Shown one piece after another: positions 19,019 to 27,332 of a stretch of 64,000 nt of DNA. The translations under genes were made by a program, and so were the position numbers. The DNA is taken from the NCBI GenBank assembly GCA_965214635.1, contig OZ243964.1:2506691-2570690 (forward strand). Direction: 5' to 3'. Below the pieces are notes generated by a model that did no database searches, was not told the DNA's origin, and saw only the letters and a program-made list of their open reading frames with translations. Numbering within the stretch: position 1 is the stretch's first letter; every line of letters starts with the position of its first letter. This DNA is from Dehalococcoidia bacterium. GTDB lineage: Bacteria > Chloroflexota > Dehalococcoidia > Lucifugimonadales > JADFKI01.

Positions 19019-19176
19019 ACGGCTGTTGTGCGTCAAGTTGTACCCCCCCCCCGTGCATTGGCGCGCGATGATGCTGGCGTCAAACGCCGCGCGCCGGTAA
19101 CGGGGCGAAGCACCACCGCCCTAATCTTTCCCCACTAGTGGATGGGTTCTCAATCAGGATGAGGATATCGATTAGT

Positions 19177-19200
19177 GGCAGCGTTTCCGTTCAGGTGCGG
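19177..19200 (+). repeat. solo, degenerate copy of the IS terminal repeat seen at 45575/46640
   Basis: GGCAGCGTTTCCGTTCAGGTGCGG compared with GGTAGCGTTTCCATTCAGGTGGTCG. Confidence 0.5.
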
Positions 19201-19237
19201 GTAGGATACGCTGCGTCATGATACAATACGCAGCGAT

Positions 19238-19552
19238 ATGAAGATGCTTGCGCTGCCCATCGTGTTGCTGTCCATGCTGCTTGCGGGATGCCTAGAACTT
19301 ACGCCGAATGTGTCCACCGACTTCTCCGAACTCGAGGCTAAAGCGCTTTTCGAATCGGGTGTGCGACAGATGTGCGAGCACAAGAAGTCCCGCATTCCCG
19401 CCATCGTGAGCAAGATAGACGCCGCCGAAGGCACTGCCACCATTGACCATTGGATATTCGTCATAGACGATCGGGATGCGCAGGTGTTCCCGTCGGGGCT
19501 GATTACGGGCGAGTATCATCGTCATATCCAGACGGCGCTCTGCCGCAGGTAG
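19238..19552 (+). CDS. small lipoprotein, unknown function
   Basis: 104-aa ORF with lipobox signal MKMLALPIVLLSMLLAGC. Confidence 0.5.
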   Translation: MKMLALPIVLLSMLLAGCLELTPNVSTDFSELEAKALFESGVRQMCEHKKSRIPAIVSKIDAAEGTATIDHWIFVIDDRDAQVFPSGLITGEYHRHIQTALCRR

Positions 19553-19613
19553 GCTTTGATGGCGGTTTCGCATACGGCTTTTCGCCGGCTCTTGCTCTTG
19601 GCGCAGCAAGCCG

Positions 19614-20342
19614 TCAGAGAATATCGCCGCTGACCGGGTCTAGCACCAGCACGATGCTCTTGACCTGCAAGCCCAGCATGTCGCGCACGGCGATGATGGC
19701 TTCGAGCGCCTGCTCGCGCGTTCCCCAGCCGACTTGCTGCATTATGTCGACGAGTTCTTCGCCCAGATTTGCAGCGGCACGGCTGCGCTCATGAAACAGC
19801 GTCTCCAGCGGCTTCCATTCGGGTGGCGCAAGGGACAACTTCAGCTCGCAGTATCGGATTGCCCAAGTGGTGAACCACGCCGTGCCGTACTCTGGCGGCG
19901 GGGCGTTGGCGATGCCGTTGAGTGCGCCATCCAGCATACGCCCGCGTATGTGGTCGTTGGTGAAGCCGAGTTCGCGCAGTGTGTCCTCCAATGGCGGATG
20001 CGTGATTAGCTCTTCGATGTCCCCGCCGATGCGCGCCTCATGCGAATCTGCGGCGTACTGTGCTCCCCGCACCGTCTTGGGGTAGCCCCGCCCGCGCTGC
20101 ACGATGTGCATAAGCTCGTGCGCCGTGTGATATGCGAGGTCTGTGGGTGGGAGCGATGCCCACGCCGGCTCTCCCGGAGCGCACAAGTCCGCGCCCTGTC
20201 CTCCGAACACCACGCTATGCCCCGCTTCAATGTACTCTATCGGCACGGCAATCTCGTCGCCAAAGCGCTGCCAAAAGGCGTCAAACGGCGCTGTCAGTTC
20301 CCGCCCTAATACCGTCAGGGGTGTGCTCTGTGGAATAGGCAT
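19614..20342 (-). CDS. hypothetical protein with HExxH motif
   Basis: 242-aa ORF containing 'AHELMHIVQRGRGYP'. I recognise no family. Confidence 0.5.
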   Translation of the reverse strand: MPIPQSTPLTVLGRELTAPFDAFWQRFGDEIAVPIEYIEAGHSVVFGGQGADLCAPGEPAWASLPPTDLAYHTAHELMHIVQRGRGYPKTVRGAQYAADSHEARIGGDIEELITHPPLEDTLRELGFTNDHIRGRMLDGALNGIANAPPPEYGTAWFTTWAIRYCELKLSLAPPEWKPLETLFHERSRAAANLGEELVDIMQQVGWGTREQALEAIIAVRDMLGLQVKSIVLVLDPVSGDIL

Positions 20343-20463
20343 AGTTGAAGTTTATAGCTGCGGTATTCAAGAGGTAATCGCTGATGTTTCGTGCATCGGC
20401 GTTGGTTTGAGATCCGACAGATTGGTGCTCTCACAGGAAGGTCGGGGATTGGCGAATGCGCGT

Positions 20464-21849
20464 TCAGTCCGCCGGCTGTGTTTGGGGAGAGCGTGCGGCT
20501 GTGTGGTCGTCCATCTTGGGGCGCTTGACGCCCAGCATCAGGAACGCCCCCAGTATGTTCAGCAGCCCGAAGAAGGCGAATGGCACTAGGTAAGTGTGGG
20601 TTGTGTCAAACATATAGCCGGCAAACAGCGGGGCGAAAATCATAGCGATGTTGTTCGGCATCTGCGACAGCCCCATGATGGTGGCGAACGCCTTGCGCCC
20701 GAAGTATTCGCCGCGGATGGCAGTCAACAGAGGTATACGCCCGCCGAACCCGATGCCGTACAGCACTGCGAACAGCATAGCCATTATCACATGCTCTGAC
20801 ACCGATATTATCATTATCGCCACGCCTTGCAAGGCTATGAAGAAGAATATCAGCGGCGGCTTGGGCATGCGGTCTGCGATCGAGCCGGCGACGAACTGCG
20901 TCGGCAGCGCAATCAAGGTGTATATCAGCACTATCGTCCCGGCGCCGCTCAGCGACATCCCCATATCTGTGAGTTTCGGCGCAAGATGCAGTGCCAGCGT
21001 TACGATGGACACGCTTGATGACATATGCACGATGGTCAATATCCAAAAGGCGCGCGTCCTGAGGGCTTGGCGCGCCGTGAACTCCGGCTCATCGTCTGCA
21101 GCAGCGCCCTGCGCCCCCGATGCTGTGCGCGGATGGCGGCGCGGCGGGTCGCCGTCCGGCAGCAAGCCCACATCCTCCGGACGGTTTTTCAGCACCTTGT
21201 ACACTGGCAGTATCAGCACGAACAGGAACACCGCAATCCCGAATGTGGTCCAGCGAAAGCCGTGGAATTCTATGCCCAGCGCGAGCACGGGGACGAGCAG
21301 CCCGCCCAAGTGTATGCCGGACATTGCGGTCGCGATGGCGAGCGAACGCTGCCGCACGAACCAGTTGTTCATCAGCGACATCAGCGCAAGCCAGCCGCCC
21401 ACGCCGGAGCCGAGGCTAATCGTGATGAACGCAATGTAGAACTGCAGGATGCCGCTGCTGATGACGAATATCCCCAAGTCCCAAAACTTGGTGTTGCCCA
21501 CCTGCGAAAACAGCAGGAAGCCGAACGCCATCAGGCAGTATCCGAGCAATATCATCCGGCGGTTGCCCACCTTGTCGATGAACCAGCCCTCTATGGGGCC
21601 TATCACCGCGCCCTGTGCGCGCGAAAGCGAAAACGCTCCCGACAGCACGGTGCGGCTCCAACCGAACTCAGATTGCAGTGCGACGAGGAATGTGCCAAGC
21701 CCTTGGAAGACGGACACCGCCATCAGCGTCAGAAGCACCACAGCGATGCCCACGAGCCACCAGCCGTAGAACACCCCGCGCAGCGCAGCCGGGACATCCG
21801 TAGGCAAGCGTACATCGCCAGCCACTAATGGACGAATGGTAATCCGCAT
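20464..21849 (-). CDS. MFS transporter
   Basis: 461 aa, about 12 TM with a central charged loop (PEDVGLLPDGDPPRR), in an oxalate/formate-antiporter-like arrangement. Confidence 0.85.
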   Translation of the reverse strand: MRITIRPLVAGDVRLPTDVPAALRGVFYGWWLVGIAVVLLTLMAVSVFQGLGTFLVALQSEFGWSRTVLSGAFSLSRAQGAVIGPIEGWFIDKVGNRRMILLGYCLMAFGFLLFSQVGNTKFWDLGIFVISSGILQFYIAFITISLGSGVGGWLALMSLMNNWFVRQRSLAIATAMSGIHLGGLLVPVLALGIEFHGFRWTTFGIAVFLFVLILPVYKVLKNRPEDVGLLPDGDPPRRHPRTASGAQGAAADDEPEFTARQALRTRAFWILTIVHMSSSVSIVTLALHLAPKLTDMGMSLSGAGTIVLIYTLIALPTQFVAGSIADRMPKPPLIFFFIALQGVAIMIISVSEHVIMAMLFAVLYGIGFGGRIPLLTAIRGEYFGRKAFATIMGLSQMPNNIAMIFAPLFAGYMFDTTHTYLVPFAFFGLLNILGAFLMLGVKRPKMDDHTAARSPQTQPAD

Positions 21850-22017
21850 TGGGTAAGTTTACCAGTTCGTCAGTTCGTCAGTCCATTATTCGAATATCCC
21901 GACGATAAAGCGTAAAGCGTTTGCGGCTTGACGGAACTGCTTGGAAAGATTAACTTGTGCGACATTGGACAGGGCGGGGCTGCCCGCATAGAGCACAACA
22001 TAAGGCGGTGATGCGTT

Positions 22018-23181
22018 ATGAAGATAACCGACCTGAAGGTTTGGGTTACGCGGCCCGAGCCGAGCGGACGCAGTTTCGTGTTCCTGCGAGTGGACACGGA
22101 CGAGGGCATAAGCGGTGTTGGCGAGGCGACGAGTTCGGGAGGCGGCGGCAGCATCGTCGTCGGGAACATGCTGCGCTTCTTGCGCGACTCCACGATGCGC
22201 CAAGACTTCCGAGACAGCATCATAGGCGAGGATGCGGCGGACATTGACCGTCTTTGGCATAAGATATTTCGGCGTTTCACGGGCGGCGGCGGATACGGCG
22301 GCTTCGTTACCACGCTGCTCAGCGGCATCGACATCGCGCTGTGGGACATTAAGGGCAAGGCGCTAGGGCTGCCCATATATCGGCTGTTCGGCGGGCCTGT
22401 TTGGGACGATGTGCCGCTCTACACGCATGTGACCCCGCGCGAGCCGGATGCGGCGGCGGCGCACGCCAAATCGCTCGTCGCCGAGGGTTACACTACCCTC
22501 AAGCTAGATCCGTTCTCCGCAGAGATGGGACAGCATCACCGCCGCTATCTGCGTGGGGCGATCTCTGCGGCAGGCGCAAATGCCGGCGTAGAGCTGATTG
22601 CGGCAATCCGCGATGCTGTGGGCCCTGACATAGACATCCTCATAGACTGCCACGGCAACTTCAATGTGCCGACTGCCATCGACATAGCCAAGCGGCTTGC
22701 GCCGTACAACATCGGCTGGCTGGAGGAGCCGGTGCAGCCCGACGGCATAGACGCTCTACGGCAGGTGCGCGCCGCCGTGGATGTGCCGATTTGCGTCGGG
22801 GAGAGGCTCTACTCGCGGTGGGACTTTGCGCCTGTCCTCACTGAGCGGCTCGCCGAATACCTGATGCCCGACATCCTCTGGTGCGGTGGCATCAGCGAAA
22901 TGCGCAAGATCGCAAACATGGCAGAGCCGTTCTACATCCCCGTCAGCCCGCACGATGCGAGTGGGCCTATCAACATACTTGCAGGGGCGCACACGATGAT
23001 GACCGTCCCGAACTTCTACAAGGTGGAAATCAACAGCGCTTGGTTGCCGCAGCTGAACCGCTTCATCAGCGCGCCGCTGGATGTGCGGGACGGGACGCTG
23101 CATCTGTCGGAGCGCCCTGGGTTGGGCGTAACACTGGACGAGGATTTCATCCAAGCGCATCCAGATCCCGACTGGGTGTAG
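22018..23181 (+). CDS. enolase-superfamily dehydratase, D-galactonate dehydratase-like subgroup
   Basis: 387 aa. 'MKITDLKVWV....FVFLRVDTDEGISGVGEA', 'GIDIALWDIKGKALGLPIYRLFGG', 'DCHGNF', 'WLEEP', 'GERL', 'PDILWCGGISE'. Confidence 0.85.
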   Translation: MKITDLKVWVTRPEPSGRSFVFLRVDTDEGISGVGEATSSGGGGSIVVGNMLRFLRDSTMRQDFRDSIIGEDAADIDRLWHKIFRRFTGGGGYGGFVTTLLSGIDIALWDIKGKALGLPIYRLFGGPVWDDVPLYTHVTPREPDAAAAHAKSLVAEGYTTLKLDPFSAEMGQHHRRYLRGAISAAGANAGVELIAAIRDAVGPDIDILIDCHGNFNVPTAIDIAKRLAPYNIGWLEEPVQPDGIDALRQVRAAVDVPICVGERLYSRWDFAPVLTERLAEYLMPDILWCGGISEMRKIANMAEPFYIPVSPHDASGPINILAGAHTMMTVPNFYKVEINSAWLPQLNRFISAPLDVRDGTLHLSERPGLGVTLDEDFIQAHPDPDWV

Positions 23182-23268
23182 TGCAGGCAGGCAGAAACGG
23201 ACAGCGCCCGCCGTCGGCAAGCGATAGCTGAAAGCGTGCGCTGCGAGTGCGTGCGCCGTCGGGGTGGC

Positions 23269-24234
23269 TTAATGCAGCAGATTGCCGCGCTCTATGCCCC
23301 GTTTGAGCCTGCCGTATTCCGAGCTTAGCTCTGCGCCCAAGATGAGGATGAGGCCGCTCAAGTATGCCCACAGCAGCAGCGCCATCACCGGCGCTAGTGT
23401 GCGCCCGTATATGTTCTCGAAGCTGGCGAAGTTGCTCAGGTATATGATGAAGGCGTTCTGAGTAATCTCGAACAGTATCGCTGCAACTACGGCGCCCACC
23501 CAAACATATCGCCAGTAGGTTTTGGTATTCGGCACATATTTATAGAGCATCAGGAACACTGCCAGCACTAGCAAGAACGAGCTTGCGTGAAGGATGATTA
23601 TGCTGGCGGTGTTCAATAAAGTGTCTAGATAGAGCATGTCGAATTGGGCGAAGCGCTCGTACAGATTCATGAAGGTGGTTATGGCTACCGAACACAGGAA
23701 CAGCAGGCTCGTGAGTATCGCCATGCCGAGCTGACGCGCCTTGCTTATGTAGATGGGGCGGTCGATGTTAATATCCCATGCGCGGTTGATGGAGCGCGTG
23801 ATGCCGCCGAAGACGGCGCTGCCCGACCAAAACAGCCCGATGATGGCGAAAAAGCCAATCGTGCCGCGGGCATCAAGCACATCGTTGATGTTATCGCCGA
23901 TGAACTCGTCCGAGCCGGGTAGAAAGTCGGACACCCAAGCGATTATGTTCGCACGCGTAGATGCATCCTCCAAGAAGAAAGAGAGCACCGTTATAAGCCC
24001 GAGCGTCAGCGGGAAGAGCGACAACATCCCATAATAGGACACCGCCGCCGCCATGTGCGTGGCATCGTCTGCAATCATCTCTTGCACAGTGCGGACAATA
24101 AGCTTGACTGCAAACTTATCCTGCCATTTGGCAACGATTGAGTTGACGCGACGGGTAGCAATTGCTGCAGGTCGCCTGAACATAGGGTATCTTCTAACGA
24201 TGTCATTCATTAGCATTTGCGTATTATATCGCAA
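23269..24234 (-). CDS. YihY/BrkB family membrane protein
   Basis: 321 aa, multi-TM, with 'AAAVSYYGMLSLFPLTLGLI' and 'LILILGAELSSEY' typical of the YihY (formerly 'ribonuclease BN-like') family. Confidence 0.8.
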   Translation of the reverse strand: MRYNTQMLMNDIVRRYPMFRRPAAIATRRVNSIVAKWQDKFAVKLIVRTVQEMIADDATHMAAAVSYYGMLSLFPLTLGLITVLSFFLEDASTRANIIAWVSDFLPGSDEFIGDNINDVLDARGTIGFFAIIGLFWSGSAVFGGITRSINRAWDINIDRPIYISKARQLGMAILTSLLFLCSVAITTFMNLYERFAQFDMLYLDTLLNTASIIILHASSFLLVLAVFLMLYKYVPNTKTYWRYVWVGAVVAAILFEITQNAFIIYLSNFASFENIYGRTLAPVMALLLWAYLSGLILILGAELSSEYGRLKRGIERGNLLH

Positions 24235-24881
24235 AATACCAAGAAATGTTAGGCTAGCTCACATGGGGGTTGAGACAGCGTTTCCATTCAGGTGGTCGAA
24301 GCCAGAAGCCCCCTGCGTTGCAGCAATGGTGTCCCTGAATCTAATCGCAATTTCCGCAACATCCTGCTTTGCGACTTTTGTCTAACCCTAAATCCAATAG
24401 CGCTTATCTTTGGGGTAGAGCATTGTTATAATGACACTACGAAGCTCCGTAGCACAGCCATACCAAGCATCGGAGGTCCCTCATGACCACCGCCAACACA
24501 CGCATCACGAAGTTACGCATAGCAGCAGATGACTTCCGTCTGCCCGACCCACCTTGGCAGCCCGACAATATGAGCCTCTATGACCACCTAGCAGCCACTG
24601 GCAATCTCCATCATGTCGCCCAGCACATAGGCTACCCGGAAACCACGATAGTAACCGGTGACCACTATCTGGTTAAACATCTCACCCAGAACATGGCCGG
24701 CAGCCACTACCCCGACATGCTGATAGCCCTTAATGCGGATCCAATAGCGTATCGGGAACGCAATGGCTATGTCATCGCAGAGAGGGAAAGCCCCCAGATT
24801 TCGTGCTGGAGATAGCCTCTCCGAGTACCGGACACATTGACACGGGAGCGAAGCGGGAAGCCTATGCGGAATTAGGTATTC

Positions 24882-25391
24882 TTAATATGTAGGGATATTG
24901 GATTTTACCCACCGATGCCAGCACACTAGCGCCAACGAATACACCAGCATCTGTATGCTCTTGGTGTAGCCCTTCGTCCGTCGCACTAATCGGTTCAACT
25001 TACTTCGCCATACCGAATGCAACCCCTCGTTCCAGTTCACCGCACCTCCCTTGCCCACCACATGCCTGTTGCGAGGTAACCACCCATACACAGGATATGC
25101 ATCACTCCGATACAACTCCGCATCCGGTAAGCGCTCATACAAGCGCAAGAATGTCCTCTCGCTGCGGTCGCCCACCTCAAAGTCCACCCACCTGCTCCCA
25201 TCAGCCTCTTCTACTACCGCCGTCCATATCCACACATCCTCACGCAACTCCGCACGCCGAGCACGCTTGTATGTCCACATCTCATCACACGACACCACCG
25301 CAGCAGCACGCTGCGCCTCTGCTCCCTCAGTCCGCCTACGCCCACGCTCCCGCAGACGCTCTAATGCCTCACGCCCCCTTTTTTCACCCAC
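24882..25391 (-). CDS. insB: IS1 InsB-like transposase catalytic part (made as InsAB' by -1 frameshift)
   Basis: 'CDEMWTY', 'WIWTAV', 'YRSDAYPVY', 'NWNEGLHSVWRSKLNRLVRRTKGYTKS' are IS1-family InsB motifs. The frame is -1 relative to insA. The slippery A AAA AAG lies on the minus strand (T6 at 25379-25384 on +). Confidence 0.8.
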   Translation of the reverse strand: MGEKRGREALERLRERGRRRTEGAEAQRAAAVVSCDEMWTYKRARRAELREDVWIWTAVVEEADGSRWVDFEVGDRSERTFLRLYERLPDAELYRSDAYPVYGWLPRNRHVVGKGGAVNWNEGLHSVWRSKLNRLVRRTKGYTKSIQMLVYSLALVCWHRWVKSNIPTY

Positions 25392-25645
25392 CCGTGAACC
25401 GCTGTGGCACTGTATCCGAACACTCTGCCTACGGCGCTCAGACTGCTGCCTTCCAGATACATCTCAACCCCCTGCGCCTTGATGGCTGCGCTAGGGCGGT
25501 GATATGCAGCATCAGGCAAGTAGCGGCGACCGCAGTCTCCGCATCTGTACGACTGCTTGCCGCGCGCCAAGCCATTTTTGCGCATCCAGTTGGAGCCGCA
25601 GTCGGGGCAGCGAATATCGTGGCGATAGGTACGTTCACGAGCCAT
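25361..25645 (-). CDS. insA: IS1 InsA-like protein (zinc finger + HTH)
   Basis: MARERTYRHDIRCPDCGSNWMRKNGLARGKQSYRCGDCGRRYL... ends just after the slippery run. Start placed at ATG 25645. Confidence 0.8.
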   Translation of the reverse strand: MARERTYRHDIRCPDCGSNWMRKNGLARGKQSYRCGDCGRRYLPDAAYHRPSAAIKAQGVEMYLEGSSLSAVGRVFGYSATAVHGWVKKGGVRH

Positions 25646-25956
25646 AAGACACCTCACTGTGTTTTGATGTTGTGACATATTATAACTTATTATCTCTACA
25701 CGTTGAGAATACCCGGAATTAGGCATCCCGGAGTATTGGCGATTTGATGAAACCGGTCAGTCCCACGGGACGAGGCTGGCTGGCGACCGGCTGGTACGAA
25801 CCCATCCCCATTACCGAATTGGCGGACGGCTCGCTACAGGGGTACAGCGCCGTACTGAACCTGTACCTGCGCTGGGAGAACGGTGAGCTAGGGTGGTACG
25901 ACCCAGCGACGGGACAGCACATCGCCACATTTGACAGCGAGCACATTCGCGCCAAC

Positions 25957-26223
25957 CGGGAACAGGCAGAGCGCTTGCAGGAACAGGACGCCCGCATCCA
26001 AGCCGAAGCACGCGCCGACCGGGAACAGGCAGAGCGCTTGCAGGAACAGGACGCCCGCATCCTAGCGGAAACGCGCGCTGACCGGGAACAGGGCGCCCGC
26101 ATCCAAGCCGAAGCGCGCGCCGACCGGGAACAGGCAGAGCGCTTGCAGGAACAGGACGCCCGCATCCAAGCCGAAGCGCGCGCTGACCGGGAACAGGACG
26201 CCCGCATCCAAGCCGAAGCACGC
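25957..26223 (+). repeat. 63-bp in-frame tandem repeat in the Uma2-like C-terminus
   Basis: Units at 25957, 26020 and 26125 (63 bp, REQAERLQEQDARIQAEARAD), with shortened units at 26083 (42 bp) and 26188 that lack the AERLQEQ part. Confidence 0.9.
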
Positions 26224-26537
26224 ATACGGGAGATGGAAGCTGAACTCCGCCGTCTCCAGAACGGCTGACATTATGATGGCTTATGCCTCATCTGCCTTCT
26301 GCATCACCCCACGAATCAACCGCCTGAATAGAAACGCTACCTCGCATGCTTTGAGATATGCGCAGCGTTTCACGATATGATAAAATCTTGCGTACTCGGA
26401 TGTGCGGTGAGGCGTAAGCCCGAGCGCATAAGCTCATGGCGGATATGCAACTGCCAACATCCTACAGAATAGCTCATCAACACACATGGGGCGCTGTCGC
26501 TGCACCCCCAATCATGAACCTTTCAGCCAGCTTATTA

Positions 26538-27041
26538 ATGACAACCCGAATCGTAGTATTCTCCGACACCCACTGCCACACTTGGGACAATGTGCACCCG
26601 CACATACGCGCCGCGGTCGCAGATGCGGACATCGCTGTTCACTGCGGCGACCTTGTGCGTATGGATGTGGTGTGCGGACTGCAGTGCGCCGCCAAGTGCG
26701 CCGTAGTGGTTCACGGCAACTCCGACCCGCCGGATGTGCGGCGCGCAATCCCGTATGTGCGAACAATAGAGGTGGAAGGCGCGCGCATCGGCATCACGCA
26801 CCCCGCTTGGGGCGGACCGGAGTTTCCGCCTGAGGATCTGCTGCCAGACTTCGCCGAGCCGCCGGACGCCATCCTGTTCGGACACACGCACGAGCCTATG
26901 AACGAGGTTCGCAACGGCATCCTTTACCTCAACCCTGGACAGGGCTACTCATCCTTCATGGTGGCGTGCACCATCGCTGTTCTGACAGTGGACAACGGCA
27001 GGCTATCTGCTGAAATCAAGACTATCGTGCCGGCGCGATGA
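26538..27041 (+). CDS. YfcE/MJ0936-type metallophosphoesterase
   Basis: ORF 26436..27041, start placed at ATG 26538 (MTTRIVVFSDTH). Motifs 'VHCGDL', 'VVVHGNSD', 'ILFGHTHEP'. Confidence 0.75.
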   Translation: MTTRIVVFSDTHCHTWDNVHPHIRAAVADADIAVHCGDLVRMDVVCGLQCAAKCAVVVHGNSDPPDVRRAIPYVRTIEVEGARIGITHPAWGGPEFPPEDLLPDFAEPPDAILFGHTHEPMNEVRNGILYLNPGQGYSSFMVACTIAVLTVDNGRLSAEIKTIVPAR

Positions 27042-27218
27042 CCTTCCTAACGCCAGAGTGTAGGCGGGCAACGCTTCTCTTTTAACCCGTCTCCCGTAAT
27101 ACTTCCGTAATACTTTTGTAGTACACTAGGTCGCAGCGTCGCGAGGTATGCCCCTTGCGCTGTGCGATTTTCGCCATCTGGAACAGTCGATAGGCAACAA
27201 CATGGCGATACACACCGC

Positions 27219-27267
27219 AAAACAGGTTGATGATATTTCGTCTTACGAAATATCATCAACCTGTTTT
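27219..27267. terminator. 22-bp perfect AT-rich hairpin, U-tracts on both strands
   Basis: AAAACAGGTTGATGATATTTCG-tctta-CGAAATATCATCAACCTGTTTT, followed by ATTTT. The same holds on the other strand (TTTTGCGG). Confidence 0.55.
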
Positions 27268-27332
27268 ATTTTGAAACCCTCGAGTATCAAATCTCAATAG
27301 TCCACCTAGTTAAGGAAGGAAACAGGGAAAAA

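Larger units (their letters stand above)
24875..25713 (-). mobile_element. IS1-family insertion sequence (839 bp)
   Basis: Terminal inverted repeats GGTATTCTTAATATGTAGGG and GGTATTCTCAACGTGTAGAG (minus strand). 8-bp direct target duplication CGGAATTA at 24867-24874 and 25714-25721. insA/insB arrangement with an A6G slippery run. Confidence 0.85.
24483..26268 (+). pseudogene. Uma2/DUF820-family endonuclease-like gene, disrupted
   Basis: Three frame segments read ...NGYVIAERE / KPPDFVLEIASPSTGHIDTGAKREAYAELGIPEYWRFDETGQSHGTRLAGDRLV / GWYEPIPITELADGSLQGYSAVLNLYLRWENGELGWYDPATGQHIAT... There are frameshifts near 24785 and 25790, plus the IS1 insertion at 24875-25713. Confidence 0.75.
24274..26341. 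mobile_element. IS-end-bounded element carrying a Uma2-like gene instead of a transposase
   Basis: The left 50 bp (24274-24323) match the left end of the IS at 45575, with 3 mismatches. The right end has a degenerate terminal repeat (GGTAGCGTTTCTATTCAGGCGGTTG on the minus strand, ending 26341) plus the 19-mer ATGATGGCTTATGCCTCAT (26273-26291), which also occurs at 46588-46606. I found no flanking target duplication. Confidence 0.45.
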
